From positions 91,739,337 through 91,773,813 of the forward strand of contig NC_057718.1 in NCBI RefSeq assembly GCF_004010195.1: a stretch of DNA of 34,477 nt, in the 5' to 3' direction. How positions within the stretch are numbered: the first letter of the stretch is position 1; the number at the start of each line of letters is the position of its first letter. Made by a program: the position numbers and the translations under genes. The DNA comes from Chiloscyllium plagiosum. Lineage: Eukaryota. The notes beneath the pieces are model-generated. The model was not told the origin of the DNA. It searched no databases and worked only from the letters and a program-made list of their open reading frames with translations. Below, in pieces: positions 32,960 through 34,477 of this stretch.

Positions 32960-33147
32960 GCAATCTACAGTCACTGAATTAGTGATCCAGAGGCCCAAGC
33001 TAATGCTCTGGGGATATGAGTTCAAATCTCATCAGTGCAAACGATGGGATTTAAACTGAGTTAATACATGTGGAATGAAAAGCTAGTCTCTGTAATGGTG
33101 ACCATGCAACTTTTTACCAATGATTGTAAAAACTCATCGGACTCACA
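32960..33147 (+). mobile_element. Deu-domain-type SINE, 5' part, truncated by the following PLE
   Basis: gtcactgaattagtgatccagaggcccaagctaatgctctggggatatgagttcaaatc (tRNA head with B-box) ... aaagctagtct...aatggtgaccatg...ttgtaaaaactcatc. Confidence 0.65.
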
Positions 33148-34255
33148 CCGCGCCCAATCCAGTTACAGGCTCCATTCCCACTCCCAGCTCCACACCGACA
33201 CCAGGTCCTAGCTCCCAGCCCTTCCGAGTTTTCACCATTCCCCCTCACTGCGGATGAACGATCAGTCCTCAGCAAAGGCCTCACCTTTATCCCCCTCTGT
33301 CCACGCATCAATGAATTTAATACAAACTGTGACGTCGAACACTTCTTCCGCCGCCTCCACCTCTGAGCTTACTTTTACAATCAGGACTCCCACCCACCTT
33401 CCGAGGACCCCTTTGCCCGCCTCCAACACAATCCAGCCACCTGGAAACCCCGTGCTGGTCTATTACTTGCCCTCGATCCCATTTCCAACTGCCACCGAGA
33501 CATTAACCACCTCAACCTGTCTACCCAACCCCCCCACTCCAACCTCTCACCCTCACAATGCGCAGCCCTCCACTCTCTCTACTCCAATCCCAACCTCACC
33601 ATCAAGCCAGCAGATAAAGGGGGTGCAGTGGTAATTTGGCGCACTGACCTCTACCCCGCTGAAGCCAGACACCAACTCGAAGAGACCTCCTCCTACCGCC
33701 CCTTGACTGTGACCCACCCCCATCACCAAAACGTCATCTCCCAGACCATACAGAACCTCATCACCTCAGGAGATCTCCCAACCACAGCTTCCAACCTCGC
33801 ACCGCCCGATTCTACCTCCTTCCCATGCCTGACCACCCTGGCCAACCCATTGTCTCAGCCTGCTCCTGCCCCACCGAACTCATCTCCACCTACCTTGACA
33901 TTGTGCTATCCCCCCTAGTCCAGGAACTGCCCACACACGTTCGAGACACCACCCACGCCCTCCACCTGCTCCAAGACTTCCGTTTCCCCGGCCCCCAAAG
34001 CTTCATCTTCACGATGGATATCCAATCCCTCTACACCTCCATCCGCCATGACCAGGGCCTTCAAGCCCTTCCTTTCTTCGTCTCCCGACATCCCAACAGT
34101 ACCCCTCCACCGACACTCTCATTCATTTGGCTGAACTTGTCTTCACCCTAAACAATTTTTCCTTTGAATCCTCCCACTTCCTCCAGACCAAGGGGGTTGC
34201 CATGGGGACCCGTAAGGGGCCCAGCTTTGCTTGTCTCTTTGTTGGCTACATAGCT
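33148..34255 (+). mobile_element. Penelope-like element ORF, N-terminus to RT core, inactive
   Basis: ERSVLSKGLTFIP, NPNLTIKPADKGGAVVIWRTDLY, PGQPIVSACSCPTELISTYLD, FTMDIQSLYTSIRH, NNFSFESSHFLQTKGVAMGT..GPSFACLFVGY; frameshifted. DKG is the PLE hallmark motif. Confidence 0.93.
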
Positions 34256-34477
34256 ATGATCAGCTACGACCAGCTATCCTTAGTAGCCACACATGCAGAT
34301 GACAAGCAACATGAGTTCGACTGGGACAACACTACTATTATAGGACAAGCCAAACAGAGAACAGCCAGGAAATTCCTAGAGGCATGGCACTCATCCACAG
34401 ATTCAATCAATAAGCACATCGACCTGGACCCAATAACCCGGCCACTGCAACGGACAGCTGGAACTGACAACCAGAAG
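34256..34477 (+). mobile_element. Second Penelope-like family, GIY-YIG C-terminal end, running off the window
   Basis: DQLSLVATHADDKQHEFDWDNTTIIGQAKQRTARKFLEAWHSSTDSINKHIDLDP. It ends in accagaag, similar to accggaag at the start of the pseudo-LTR at 17451. Confidence 0.85.

Noticed and set aside
75..34470. Short ORFs in the supplied track as independent genes
   Set aside because: They are fragments or antisense shadows of decayed CR1, Rex1, L2 and PLE ORFs, or chance ORFs. None is an intact gene, and the real exons are not in the track.
13612..34477. Expected upstream RALGAPA exon (..CRLLL..LGMNSWD.R)
   Set aside because: A manual scan for the reverse-complement SWD codons found no match. 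It presumably lies beyond the window.

Overview
Repeat-rich vertebrate intronic DNA, most likely from a cartilaginous fish (shark). This is inferred from the mix of CR1 LINEs, HE1-type and Deu-type SINEs, Rex1, L2 and abundant Penelope-like elements (PLEs), recognised from memory rather than by a database search. The only host coding sequence I can support is two consecutive minus-strand exons of a Ral GTPase-activating protein alpha subunit, RALGAPA2 more likely than RALGAPA1: 13611-13540 ([23 protein letters not shown]) and 2133-2010 ([42 protein letters not shown]). They have canonical AG/GT ends and matching phase, and both are missing from the ORF track. I did not find the neighbouring exons in the window. 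Roughly half of the window is decayed retroelements, often nested. The most interesting structure is a set of PLE pseudo-LTR insertions carrying hammerhead-ribozyme cores. These include several fold-back hairpins, one multiply inverted insertion with an intact-looking core on both strands and a perfect 14-bp TSD, and a 66-bp insertion flanked by a 57-bp duplication. Two speculative poison/alternative exons and several repeat-free, possibly conserved non-coding blocks lie in the introns. I see no evidence of a wholly new multi-gene system. Old repeat boundaries are approximate.
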